A stretch of 43,322 bases of DNA, from assembly GCA_002402455.1 (NCBI GenBank), contig DHFX01000015.1, positions 1 to 43,322 of the forward strand, in the 5' to 3' direction. The notes below the pieces were generated by a model that worked only from the letters and a program-made list of their open reading frames with translations, had not been told where the DNA came from and did no database searches. This document shows positions 25,076 through 33,745 of the stretch, in pieces. The position numbers and the translations under genes were made by a program. Source of the DNA: Candidatus Dojkabacteria bacterium UBA4813. GTDB taxonomy: Bacteria > Patescibacteriota > Dojkabacteria > SC72. The stretch's first letter is position 1; every line of letters starts with the position of its first letter.

Positions 25076-26527
25076 ATGAAGTTATACAGTACCCTAGATA
25101 GAAAAGTTACTGAAATAGTACCTATTAAAAAAGGTCAAATCTCCATGTACAGCTGTGGTCCCACAGTTTATTCCAGAATGCAAATAGGAAACATTAGAGC
25201 ATATGTCAATTGGGATATCCTACACAGGGCATTTTTGTATTTAGGATACAATGTAAAAAGAATTATGAACATAACAGATGTCGGTCATATGACATCAGAT
25301 GATGACTTCGGTAGTGATTTCGGTGAAGACAAAATGGACAGACAAGCCCAAAAAGAAGGCTTACAACCCATAGATATTGCAAATAAATATATAGATACAG
25401 TCTTAGATGACTTTAGAGATCTTAATATCCTTTCTCCAAGTGGAGAAACTATTCCTGAAGATTTAAATTACGAAGAGGTTGGAGAGTACGGTTTTACCAG
25501 AGCAACGGAGTATATAGAGGAGATGATAGATATGATCAAAAAGATTGAGAAGAATGGTTATACCTATGAGACTAAACAAGCTCTTTACTTTGATGTCACA
25601 AAAATAAAAGATTACACAATATTTACAGGACAGAATCTAGATGAAAAGAATGTAGGAGTTAGAGAAGAAGTAGACGTAGATCCTCAGAAGAGGAATCCTG
25701 CAGATTTTGTTCTTTGGATGAAGAGATATGGTAAGTATAAAAACCATATTATGAACTGGGAATCTCCATGGGGAAACGGTTTCCCCGGTTGGCATATAGA
25801 ATGTTCCGCTATGTCAACATCCTTATTGGGAGAGTACTTTGATATACACACGGGTGGTGTGGACCATATCCCTGTTCACCATACCAATGAAAGAGCTCAA
25901 AATATTGGAGCTTTTAACCACCCTTCAGTTAAGTATTGGGTACATAATGAATGGGTAGTAAATAAGGACGAAAGTAAGATATCCAAAAGTAAAGGAAACG
26001 TTACATACCTCCCAACTCTTGTGGAATTGGGCTTCGACCCTATGGATATCAGATATTTTTTGCTGTCCATAAACTACAGAACCAGAATTCAGTTCTCCAT
26101 TGAAGCTTTAGAGGGTGCTAAGAACGCCAGGGAAGCTCTTGTAAGAAGACTTAGAGAACTGGGAGATACCAAAGGGGACGTAATCCCAGAGTATACAGGT
26201 CGTTTTAAAAAGGAACTAGAAAACAATCTGAATATGTCAGGAGTATTAGCACTCATAAACGAATTGTTAAAAGAAGATCTTCCTCAAAAAGATATTCTCG
26301 CAACAATTTTAGATTTTGACAAAGTCCTAGCTTTAAACTTAGAAGAATGTATTACAAAGAAAGAACCTATGGACATCCCGTCTGAAATTAATGCTCTTTT
26401 AGAAAAGAGAATGCTTGTAAAAGAGGAAAAGAATTACGAGGAGGCAGACAGGATAAGAAACCAGATAGAGAATATGGGATACAGGGTATTAGATACTCCA
26501 AAAGGTCAAAAATTAGAAAAAATCTAG
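25076..26527 (+). CDS. cysS: Cysteine--tRNA ligase
   Basis: CGPTVY, NITDVGH, PWGNGFPGWHIECSAM, HHTNE and KISKSKGN (the KMSKS motif) are present. The HIGH position reads QIGN. Confidence 0.95.
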   Translation: MKLYSTLDRKVTEIVPIKKGQISMYSCGPTVYSRMQIGNIRAYVNWDILHRAFLYLGYNVKRIMNITDVGHMTSDDDFGSDFGEDKMDRQAQKEGLQPIDIANKYIDTVLDDFRDLNILSPSGETIPEDLNYEEVGEYGFTRATEYIEEMIDMIKKIEKNGYTYETKQALYFDVTKIKDYTIFTGQNLDEKNVGVREEVDVDPQKRNPADFVLWMKRYGKYKNHIMNWESPWGNGFPGWHIECSAMSTSLLGEYFDIHTGGVDHIPVHHTNERAQNIGAFNHPSVKYWVHNEWVVNKDESKISKSKGNVTYLPTLVELGFDPMDIRYFLLSINYRTRIQFSIEALEGAKNAREALVRRLRELGDTKGDVIPEYTGRFKKELENNLNMSGVLALINELLKEDLPQKDILATILDFDKVLALNLEECITKKEPMDIPSEINALLEKRMLVKEEKNYEEADRIRNQIENMGYRVLDTPKGQKLEKI

Positions 26528-26528
26528 T

Positions 26529-27443
26529 ATGAGTCAACAAACAATTTCACTAAAATTAACACAGGAAGAAGCAAATTCTCTAAGATATGTGTTAGAGAAG
26601 AAAGATTGGAAGGAGGAAAGTATAAAGAATGAATATGTAGCTTTGCGGATGAAGAATGACAATGGCTCCGTATGTACTCTTTACACCAGTATGAAAGTGG
26701 TGTTTCAGGGAAAGGAAGATTTTCAAATGTTAATAAAACTACTAAAGGATAAAGCCAAAAGTAGTAATAAAACAAATGTTTCTGTAGAAGTAATCCCGCA
26801 TATAGGTGTGGATGAAGTAGGAAAGGGAGACTATTTTGGTCCATTAGTGGTAGTTGCCTGTTTTGTAAATGATAAATTCCTTCAAGATACGGAATTTTTA
26901 GGAATAGGGGACTCTAAAAAGATCTCAGATAACAGAATAAGAGATATCTACAAGGAGATTAAAGATTACCCATACTACTATGTATCCATAGTAAATCCAA
27001 AGGAATATAACACACAAATAAAGAAACTAAAGAATGTCTCCGTACTTTTAGCAAAACAACATTCCAAGGTTATCGAAATGGGTCTTAGGGATCTTGCAGA
27101 AAAAGGTATAGAGTGTAAAGAGGTTGTAATAGACCAGTTTTCTTCGAAGAAAAGTAGGGTAATAGATGAACTTGGGCCATTGGGTAAGAAAATAAAGTTT
27201 GTTCAATTCCACAAGGGAGAATCAGATATTGCTGTAGCCTGTTCTTCTGTGATAGCAAGAGCAATATTCCTGACGGAATTAGATAAAATGGAGAAAAAAT
27301 ATTATTTTACTTTCCCTAAGGGAGCTTCTGAAGTTATTGGAGCAGGTAGGGAGTTTGTTAAAAAGCATGGGGTAGGGGAATTAGAAAAGGTTGCTAAAAT
27401 AAGCTTTAAAACAACTAAAAAGGTTATTCAGGATTCTTTTTAG
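26529..27443 (+). CDS. rnhC: Ribonuclease HIII
   Basis: The N-terminal domain of about 85 aa ends in V.FQGK, as in RNase HIII. It is followed by the RNase HII/HIII catalytic core (IGVDEVGKGDYFGPLVV, DSKK). Confidence 0.85.
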   Translation: MSQQTISLKLTQEEANSLRYVLEKKDWKEESIKNEYVALRMKNDNGSVCTLYTSMKVVFQGKEDFQMLIKLLKDKAKSSNKTNVSVEVIPHIGVDEVGKGDYFGPLVVVACFVNDKFLQDTEFLGIGDSKKISDNRIRDIYKEIKDYPYYYVSIVNPKEYNTQIKKLKNVSVLLAKQHSKVIEMGLRDLAEKGIECKEVVIDQFSSKKSRVIDELGPLGKKIKFVQFHKGESDIAVACSSVIARAIFLTELDKMEKKYYFTFPKGASEVIGAGREFVKKHGVGELEKVAKISFKTTKKVIQDSF

Positions 27444-28359
27444 AACTTTTTTTCTTTTTATCCAGTACTACCTTCATAAGTGCAACTATTGCTACTACTA
27501 AAATAGCTAAAGCTACAAATAATTCAAAATTTGGTTGTATAACAACTTCTTTTACAATTAGATTCTCATCTATACCATTATAGAAACGACCTAATACTAC
27601 CCTTTGGGTAAATAAGTTAGAAATATGGTCCTTTTCGATTTTAAACTCCTCTTCTAGAATCCCCCCGGGGTATAATTTTTGTTGGTCCTTATTTATTTTT
27701 ATATACTCCGGTGTAAATCTTCCCTTTGTACTGTAAAGTTGTATTTCACCCATGGGGTTAAGCACATAGTTACTAATGTTTTTATAAGTGTACTTAATCA
27801 CGGTTGGGGATATGAAGGGTATGCCTTTATCTATAATCTCTATTTGCACGTCGGCAAATTCCGAGGTTATTCCTTTTACATCTTCGTTGGGATCTGCGAT
27901 ATGCAGCACTACTAGGTGAGCTAAGTTTTCTACTGCCCCAACAGGGTTTGTTTCTGCTATAAAGACCTTTTCTACCTCTTCTTCTAATATTATTAGGTTA
28001 AAATATGTTCCAGGGCGCATATCTCTGGTAGGAACTATCTCATATGGAAGTTTAAAGACCTCTTTTGGTCTTACAGGGAATATTTCTTTGTCAGCTCTTG
28101 TGAAAATAAAGCCGTTTTCTTTACTCATCTGTAGAGTTTGTGGATCGTAGGAATATATGACTGGAGAGAGGAAGATCTCCTTTCTAGTATCATTTTTGAA
28201 AGTTACAGTACTTTCTCTTCGCTCTTGGGTCGTAAGTAGATATTCGCTTATTGGAGGGGTTATTGAGTTTGCATAAATCTTCTTTGGAGTTGCTAATCCG
28301 AGAAGTATGGTACAAAGAAACAAGTAAATTGTCTTTCTAAGGGCATTTTTAATGTCCAT
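27424..28359 (-). CDS. Two-domain surface protein with an N-terminal signal and a C-terminal TM anchor plus Lys-rich tail (DUF916/DUF3324-like architecture, tentative)
   Basis: It has a signal peptide (..LGLATPKKIYA), two beta-rich domains of about 120 aa, then FELFVALAILVVAIVALMKVVL-DKKKKSSKK. It is a paralogue in architecture of the upstream 345-aa protein. Confidence 0.8.
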   Translation of the reverse strand: MDIKNALRKTIYLFLCTILLGLATPKKIYANSITPPISEYLLTTQERRESTVTFKNDTRKEIFLSPVIYSYDPQTLQMSKENGFIFTRADKEIFPVRPKEVFKLPYEIVPTRDMRPGTYFNLIILEEEVEKVFIAETNPVGAVENLAHLVVLHIADPNEDVKGITSEFADVQIEIIDKGIPFISPTVIKYTYKNISNYVLNPMGEIQLYSTKGRFTPEYIKINKDQQKLYPGGILEEEFKIEKDHISNLFTQRVVLGRFYNGIDENLIVKEVVIQPNFELFVALAILVVAIVALMKVVLDKKKKSSKKNPE

Positions 28360-28366
28360 TTGTGAA

Positions 28367-29383
28367 TTATTTAGGTAATTGTTGAGGTTGATTCTCTTTC
28401 TTTTTCTTCCTCATCTTTAATACTACCACAGTTGTTATTACTGCGAGTAGGAGTAGTAAGATATATTTCCAAGGAATAATCCAGAAGGATGTTGTGGCCG
28501 TAAGGGGAGCGAACCCGGGTTGGAAGTTTCTGTACATGACTATTAAGTCTGCATTTATGGGGCCTAGGATAAGCTTATTATCTTTACTTAAGAAGGATCC
28601 ATAGTCCCAAAGGATTTCGTAGCTTGCAGAATTATCTCTTAAAATGCTCTGTGCACTTTCATTAAAAACTATTTTTCCAACTTCCTGATCAAAGATGTTT
28701 GTAAGTACTATCTCTCCAATGGGGGTGATATGGGTATCTCCTAAGTTATTTATTCTAGTAAGAAATTTTACATTCGGTTGTTCATACCAATCTTTGTCTG
28801 TTTCAAACTGTAGTAATTCTGCGTTTTCCGCAAAATCCTCTCCTACCTTTATTAAAATCGGAGTCCCTGAAGAGAGTGAAGTAAATGTGGCTGTACTTCT
28901 TAACTGTTGTTGAACATCTTCGGATATGAAGGCAATTATGACTGTGTATTCACCCTTTGTTGCATCATTAGGAACATTAATTTCGTAGAATATCTTCTCG
29001 TTTCTATTGGGTACAAGATCTACCTTCTGTTTACTTACTGTTACCCAAGAAGCGGCTGAGTAGAGGGCTCTCTGTTCTTCTTCTTCCGTAAACATTATTG
29101 CAGTTCCGGGTTGGTCTTCTATCTGTCTAAAACCTCTTACAAAGATATTGTAAGTTGTGGTTATTTCAGAGAGGTTCCATACAACTATCTCTCCTTCGTA
29201 TTTTTCTCCCGGTTGTAAGGTTAGTTTCTCCGAAGCAGGAGCTGTTCCTATGGTTAAGCTTGTTTGTGCTAAAAGATTTTGCTTAGGAAATAGAAAGAAT
29301 AGGACAGTAAAAACTGCCGGAAGAAGTAAAATTATTTTCTTGTTTAACCATGGGGCAGAGAATCTTTTTAAATTTTTCATCAT
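28367..29383 (-). CDS. Two-domain surface protein with an N-terminal signal and a C-terminal TM anchor plus Lys-rich tail (DUF916/DUF3324-like architecture, tentative)
   Basis: The signal peptide ends ..NLLAQT. Motifs include LTLQPGEKYEGEIVVWNLS and INVPNDATKGEYTVIIAF, and the C-terminus reads ILLLLLAVITTVVVL-KMRKKKKE. The track ORF extends to 29404, but the ATG at 29383 (GGTGG Shine-Dalgarno upstream) avoids overlapping the preceding gene. Confidence 0.8.
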   Translation of the reverse strand: MMKNLKRFSAPWLNKKIILLLPAVFTVLFFLFPKQNLLAQTSLTIGTAPASEKLTLQPGEKYEGEIVVWNLSEITTTYNIFVRGFRQIEDQPGTAIMFTEEEEQRALYSAASWVTVSKQKVDLVPNRNEKIFYEINVPNDATKGEYTVIIAFISEDVQQQLRSTATFTSLSSGTPILIKVGEDFAENAELLQFETDKDWYEQPNVKFLTRINNLGDTHITPIGEIVLTNIFDQEVGKIVFNESAQSILRDNSASYEILWDYGSFLSKDNKLILGPINADLIVMYRNFQPGFAPLTATTSFWIIPWKYILLLLLAVITTVVVLKMRKKKKENQPQQLPK

Positions 29384-29385
29384 AA

Positions 29386-30501
29386 TTAGTAGTAACCACC
29401 ACAAACATATGTGAGGTATTCAGTATAGGTACCAGAGGGAGCCGATGATCCTGCTCTTGCACCGTAATAAACACTTGAACTTTGAGCAGGAGAGGTCTCT
29501 GTGGCTTTATAAAGGATTAATCTGGCACCAGTACTGTTTGCTCCCAAGGAACCGTATACACCAGGAGTTCCTGTTAGAAAATCTGTTGGTACCGTAGCAC
29601 CTGTCGGCTGAGTTAGTGTAATTCCGAATCCCTCGGAACCACCTGCACTAATATTTACAGTCCCTGTACCTGTTCCTGATTGGATAAGATATGTACCACT
29701 ATATAAACCTGCATTTGTTCCATTTCCTTTCCCATATGCTGCCCAGTAGTAGCCACTACTTGTGGAACTTGTAGTTATCTGGTTGGTAGATAGCACTTCA
29801 ATAAGACCACCACCCGGATACAGGGTTCCCAAAGAAACGGTTACGGGGCTAAGTGTGCATGTGACCGTAGGAGCAGCTGCAACCGTGGCAGTTACTTCTA
29901 CAGTATCGTCTGCTATTAGATAAACTCCAAAAGATTTGGAGTCTAGGTTGTTATTATCTGAGACTTGTACGGCGACTGTTCTGGAACCGGAGGTAGCAGA
30001 AGTTCCTAAAACTCCTGCTAGAGATCCATTACTTACCTTTACTCCATATGTTGAAGTGTTTACCAGATCTCCAACACCGGTAATGCTTATGGTATCTACT
30101 GTTGTTGTTCCATTTCCCTGAGAGCAGGTTGCAGTAAGAGTTCCAGGGAGTGCCGCGGTTATGTCATGTCCTCCCGTAACATCTGGGGGAGCACTTGTAA
30201 CTCCTGCTACTGTCAGAGATCCTGCTGTTCTACACCATTGAGCATTGTCGGCCATTGGAAAGAAAATATCTACTCTAGCAGCATCTGCAAGATAGAAAGA
30301 TTGACTTGGTGTAAAAGCAAGGATTATTTCAACCTCTTGTCCCGTAGTCCCAGCTAGATTTGATTGTATCCTGCTAAGATACAAATATGTGTTTCCCAAG
30401 GTCCCAGCTTGTGATTTAAACACAGGGGACAACACGAAAAAGAATAGTGCTGTAACAAGTATAGTAACTAAAGTCGGAATTGCTTTGTTATGTTTTCTCA
30501 T
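29386..30501 (-). CDS. Secreted T/S/G-rich surface protein with a WxL-like (Trp-less) C-terminal domain, tentative
   Basis: The signal peptide ends ..FKSQA. The composition is low-complexity and rich in T, S, G, A and V. The C-terminus GTYTEYLTYVCGGYY is homologous to the C-terminus of the 410-aa protein. Confidence 0.8.
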   Translation of the reverse strand: MRKHNKAIPTLVTILVTALFFFVLSPVFKSQAGTLGNTYLYLSRIQSNLAGTTGQEVEIILAFTPSQSFYLADAARVDIFFPMADNAQWCRTAGSLTVAGVTSAPPDVTGGHDITAALPGTLTATCSQGNGTTTVDTISITGVGDLVNTSTYGVKVSNGSLAGVLGTSATSGSRTVAVQVSDNNNLDSKSFGVYLIADDTVEVTATVAAAPTVTCTLSPVTVSLGTLYPGGGLIEVLSTNQITTSSTSSGYYWAAYGKGNGTNAGLYSGTYLIQSGTGTGTVNISAGGSEGFGITLTQPTGATVPTDFLTGTPGVYGSLGANSTGARLILYKATETSPAQSSSVYYGARAGSSAPSGTYTEYLTYVCGGYY

Positions 30502-30545
30502 ATTGATAGGGCAGCAAGCACTTAATTAATGGTTAATCTAGCTAA

Positions 30546-30574
30546 AAGATACGATACTTTAGGAGTAGTGTCAA
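30546..30574 (-). promoter_or_regulatory. Sigma70-like promoter for the 371-aa surface-protein gene
   Basis: The minus strand reads TTGACA (30574-30569), a 17-nt spacer, then TATCTT (30551-30546). Confidence 0.45.
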
Positions 30575-30619
30575 GTGATTTTAACACAAATTAAAAGGTT
30601 GTTAATTTATGTTAAATTT

Positions 30620-31852
30620 TTAATATCTTCCGACAGAAACAAATGTTATAAATTCAGAGTAATCGGTAGCGGGACTACGGTCCACTGCGGCTCTTGCTTT
30701 TAGATATAGCCCCATCCTCCCAGAATTAATAGGTCCGCTTGCATCGTAAACTTTTCTAGGGTCTGTTAGAACTTCCCCGACAACATTTCCTGATCCTGAG
30801 TAATTAGTAGTTGCTGTTATGGTTCCTAAATAAGTGGAAGAAGAGTAGTCTATATAATAATTTTGAAGTCCGAAACCTTCAGCAAGAGATCCGTCCAGAT
30901 CCAAATTACTTGAAATTATAGTTTCTGTTGTAGTGGGACTGTACAAGCCACCGTTTTCACCCTCATTTATAATTGCAACTCCGCCTTCCGCATTGGTTAA
31001 CAGATCAAGCCAAACTAAATTTGGTGCTGTTACCGCACCTGCTCCCGGAATTAACTTATCATCCCCACTAAATGATACTGAATAGGGAGGGGCACTTTCT
31101 ACTGTGTAACCAGAGCTGGTAGCTATATCTATATCAAACTCCACAAAACCTAAACTTGTAGTTGCAGAAGCTGTGCTACTATAATCAGATTGTGTAAAGT
31201 CCCCATGTAAGGCAGATATTCTAATATAGTACTGTGTACTGCTATCTAAACCTTTTATGTTAAAGACTTCATTTTCCCAATATTCCTTAGTTCTAAAATC
31301 ATTGATATCACAATTAGACAGAGAAGTTGGCATAAAAGTCGAACCACTGATACATTTTACATCCGAGGCAAAGTTATCTTCTGAAATTTGAACAGTATAG
31401 AGTGTATCACTTGGATTAGTATATTCTTGTATTTCAAATCTTGCTTTGTTGTAGCAGCCTGTAGCACCACAGATAGCGACCATTCCTCCGGTAAGAAGTT
31501 CTGTAGGTCCTGAAGTACAGTTTGTTGTACCATTGGTTGTAGTTTCAAAACATTTTACAGTTGGTTGTGCTGCAACAAATGCTTCTGAAGGTCCTTGGTT
31601 TATTCTGTAGCTAGTAGAGTAATTTCTAGGGTCTGCAGATATTTGTCCTGTGTTTGAAATGAGGCTGTAATTTGTAGATTCAAAGATTCCTCCGAGTCCG
31701 GAGGTGGTAACTCCGGTTAATTTGTAATTTGTGGAATTAGCTTCGTAGCTTAAAGCTGTTGCGGGGAAGAGTAGTATGAAAGAGTAAGAAAAGATGAATG
31801 AATATAATAAGAGAGAGAAAAGGTAGGATATTTTTTTAATGGCAGATTTCAT
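30620..31852 (-). CDS. Secreted surface protein with N-terminal SxNY(K/S)L repeats, an FN3-like domain and a WxL-like (Trp-less) C-terminal domain, tentative
   Basis: It has a signal/TM N-terminus and the triplicated motifs STNYKL, STNYSL and STSYRI. A Cys-containing FN3-like segment follows (..LDSSTQYYIRISAL). The C-terminus reads LYLKARAAVDRSPATDYSEFITFVSVGRY. Confidence 0.8.
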   Translation of the reverse strand: MKSAIKKISYLFSLLLYSFIFSYSFILLFPATALSYEANSTNYKLTGVTTSGLGGIFESTNYSLISNTGQISADPRNYSTSYRINQGPSEAFVAAQPTVKCFETTTNGTTNCTSGPTELLTGGMVAICGATGCYNKARFEIQEYTNPSDTLYTVQISEDNFASDVKCISGSTFMPTSLSNCDINDFRTKEYWENEVFNIKGLDSSTQYYIRISALHGDFTQSDYSSTASATTSLGFVEFDIDIATSSGYTVESAPPYSVSFSGDDKLIPGAGAVTAPNLVWLDLLTNAEGGVAIINEGENGGLYSPTTTETIISSNLDLDGSLAEGFGLQNYYIDYSSSTYLGTITATTNYSGSGNVVGEVLTDPRKVYDASGPINSGRMGLYLKARAAVDRSPATDYSEFITFVSVGRY

Positions 31853-31913
31853 AGGTAAATCATATTGTAAAATATATTAGTTAGTCAAATTTTGGTATAA
31901 TTCTAAAGCTTTT

Positions 31914-32002
31914 GGAGAGGTGCCAGAGTGGTCGAATGGGACGGTCTTGAAAACCGTTGTATGGGTAAAACTGTACCGTGGGTTCGAATCCCACCCTCTC
32001 CG
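31914..32002 (+). tRNA. tRNA-Ser (anticodon UGA), class II with a long variable arm; CCA not encoded
   Basis: GGAGAGG...CCTCTCC forms the acceptor stem. The anticodon arm is ACGGT-CTTGAAA-ACCGT (TGA anticodon), the long variable arm is GTATGGGTAAAACTGTAC, and the T-arm is GTGGGTTCGAATCCCAC. Confidence 0.95.
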
Positions 32003-32060
32003 TTTGAAGGAAGAGCAAATGGAAATTTTCATATACTTGGAATAGAATATTCACAAAACA

Positions 32061-33689
32061 ATGGCTAAAGAGAAAAAACAAAATATTCAGAAAAGGTACA
32101 AACCAAAAGATAGAGAAGGAGGATTTCCTGCAGATATGCCTTATTGGAAAAGAAGATTCTTTGAAATTCTCCCCGGATTATTTGTATGGATACTCCTTTT
32201 ACTTCCGGTTATCTTTGCATTATTAAGGTGGAATGTAGCTATGGTTGTATATATGTCTATTTTAGTAGCGTACTGGTTCTTTAGAACTGTAAAGTTTATT
32301 GTAGGCTTATATATCGGTGTGAAAAGAATGGAAGAGGAGAAAGCAACAGATTGGGTCGGAAAGATAAAGGAATTAAATTCTTTGGAATTTGAGAATTTAA
32401 GATATATATATCTTTGTCCTGTCTATGCGGAAACATTTGACATCTTAGAACCCTCTTTTGAAGCATGGGCAAAAAGTGATATTGGTGCCAAGAGAATAGA
32501 TGTAGTTATGGCAATAGAAGAGAAGAAAAAGGATCTTCAACTTGAAAACTTTAAGAAACTTAAAGAAAAATATGGGAAGAAATTTGGGAATATGAGATAT
32601 TACATCCATCCTGCCAATATCCCAGGGGAAGTAGCGGGGGTAAAGGGTGCAAATATTAACTGGGCTGCAAGGCACTTGGTTAAAGATTTGAGAAAGGAAG
32701 GGAAAGATCCTTCTAATTATTTATTAATAACCTGTGACTCTGACCTTAGACCCCATCCTAAATATCTTTCTGCGGTCACTTACAGGTATCTTACGGTAGA
32801 AGATCCCAAACATACTTTCTTTGCTTCTGCAGTTCACACCTTCAACAACAACATATGGGATGTTCCCCCTATGATTAGAACACAATCTAATATGTTAACC
32901 ACAGTTATTTTACATCTGTGGGTTTTTGACAAATCCATGAAGATTCCTTTTTCTAATGACAGGGTTTACACAAGGGACACATTCTCTTCATATATAGTTA
33001 ATCTCGCGACTTTAGAAGAAATAGAATTTTGGGATCCGGAGATACCTAATGACGATACTGCCTTTTACTGGAATTCTATTATTAGAAGTAGAGGTAAATT
33101 TAAGAGTCAGGAAGTATATGTCCCGACATACAACGATGCAGTAGAGAACAAAAACTTTATTAAATCTCATGTTTCTTTCTACAAACAACAGTATAGATGG
33201 GGATGGGGGATTATTACTTTCCCCATTGCTCTTGCAGTAATGTCCACAGATAAAAAGAATTTTCCTAATAATAAAAAGCTAGTTATGATGAAAATGATGG
33301 TCGAATACCTATGGGTGCTAACAGTGGTCTTTGTTCTTACATTCGGACTTAACATTACCAGCTGGTTAAATCCTACCTACCAGTATAGTGTGTTTGCTTT
33401 TAACCTTCCGAGGATCATGAGTTATGTTTTTACCCTCGTAGTTCTGTCCAATATTCCTCTCGTTCTTTTGCGAAGAAAAATCACTCCTGTTCCTAAAGAT
33501 TGGAAGTGGTGGAGGCATATATTGGATTTTCTGGAAACAGCCTTAATTGCTGTTAATATGTTAACTTTTGCATTTATCCCTTACATCCAAGCTCTTACGG
33601 AGATGATGCTAGGGAAGACTCAGTTTAAGAGAAATTTCTATGTTACGGAGAAAGTAAGAATGAAGGGAAAAGAGAATAGGGCTGGTTAA
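32061..33689 (+). CDS. Integral-membrane processive family-2 glycosyltransferase (cellulose/chitin-synthase-like)
   Basis: The D,D,D,QxxRW signature is present as CDSD, NDDTAF and QQYRWGWG. TM helices occur at the N-terminus and several at the C-terminus. Confidence 0.8.
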   Translation: MAKEKKQNIQKRYKPKDREGGFPADMPYWKRRFFEILPGLFVWILLLLPVIFALLRWNVAMVVYMSILVAYWFFRTVKFIVGLYIGVKRMEEEKATDWVGKIKELNSLEFENLRYIYLCPVYAETFDILEPSFEAWAKSDIGAKRIDVVMAIEEKKKDLQLENFKKLKEKYGKKFGNMRYYIHPANIPGEVAGVKGANINWAARHLVKDLRKEGKDPSNYLLITCDSDLRPHPKYLSAVTYRYLTVEDPKHTFFASAVHTFNNNIWDVPPMIRTQSNMLTTVILHLWVFDKSMKIPFSNDRVYTRDTFSSYIVNLATLEEIEFWDPEIPNDDTAFYWNSIIRSRGKFKSQEVYVPTYNDAVENKNFIKSHVSFYKQQYRWGWGIITFPIALAVMSTDKKNFPNNKKLVMMKMMVEYLWVLTVVFVLTFGLNITSWLNPTYQYSVFAFNLPRIMSYVFTLVVLSNIPLVLLRRKITPVPKDWKWWRHILDFLETALIAVNMLTFAFIPYIQALTEMMLGKTQFKRNFYVTEKVRMKGKENRAG

Positions 33690-33745
33690 TCCGGATTTCA
33701 TTTTAAACAGATAAGATCTTCCTATTAAATTAAAAAGCTGTTCAT

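Noticed and set aside
29283-29474. A 63-aa ORF spanning the junction of the 371-aa and 345-aa surface genes, plus plus-strand ORFs 29157-29414, 29936-30121 and 30166-30357.
   Set aside because: They overlap strongly supported minus-strand genes, are out of frame or antisense, and have no independent support.
31881-32081. A 66-aa minus-strand ORF.
   Set aside because: It overlaps the tRNA-Ser gene (31914-32002) almost completely. It is an artefact.
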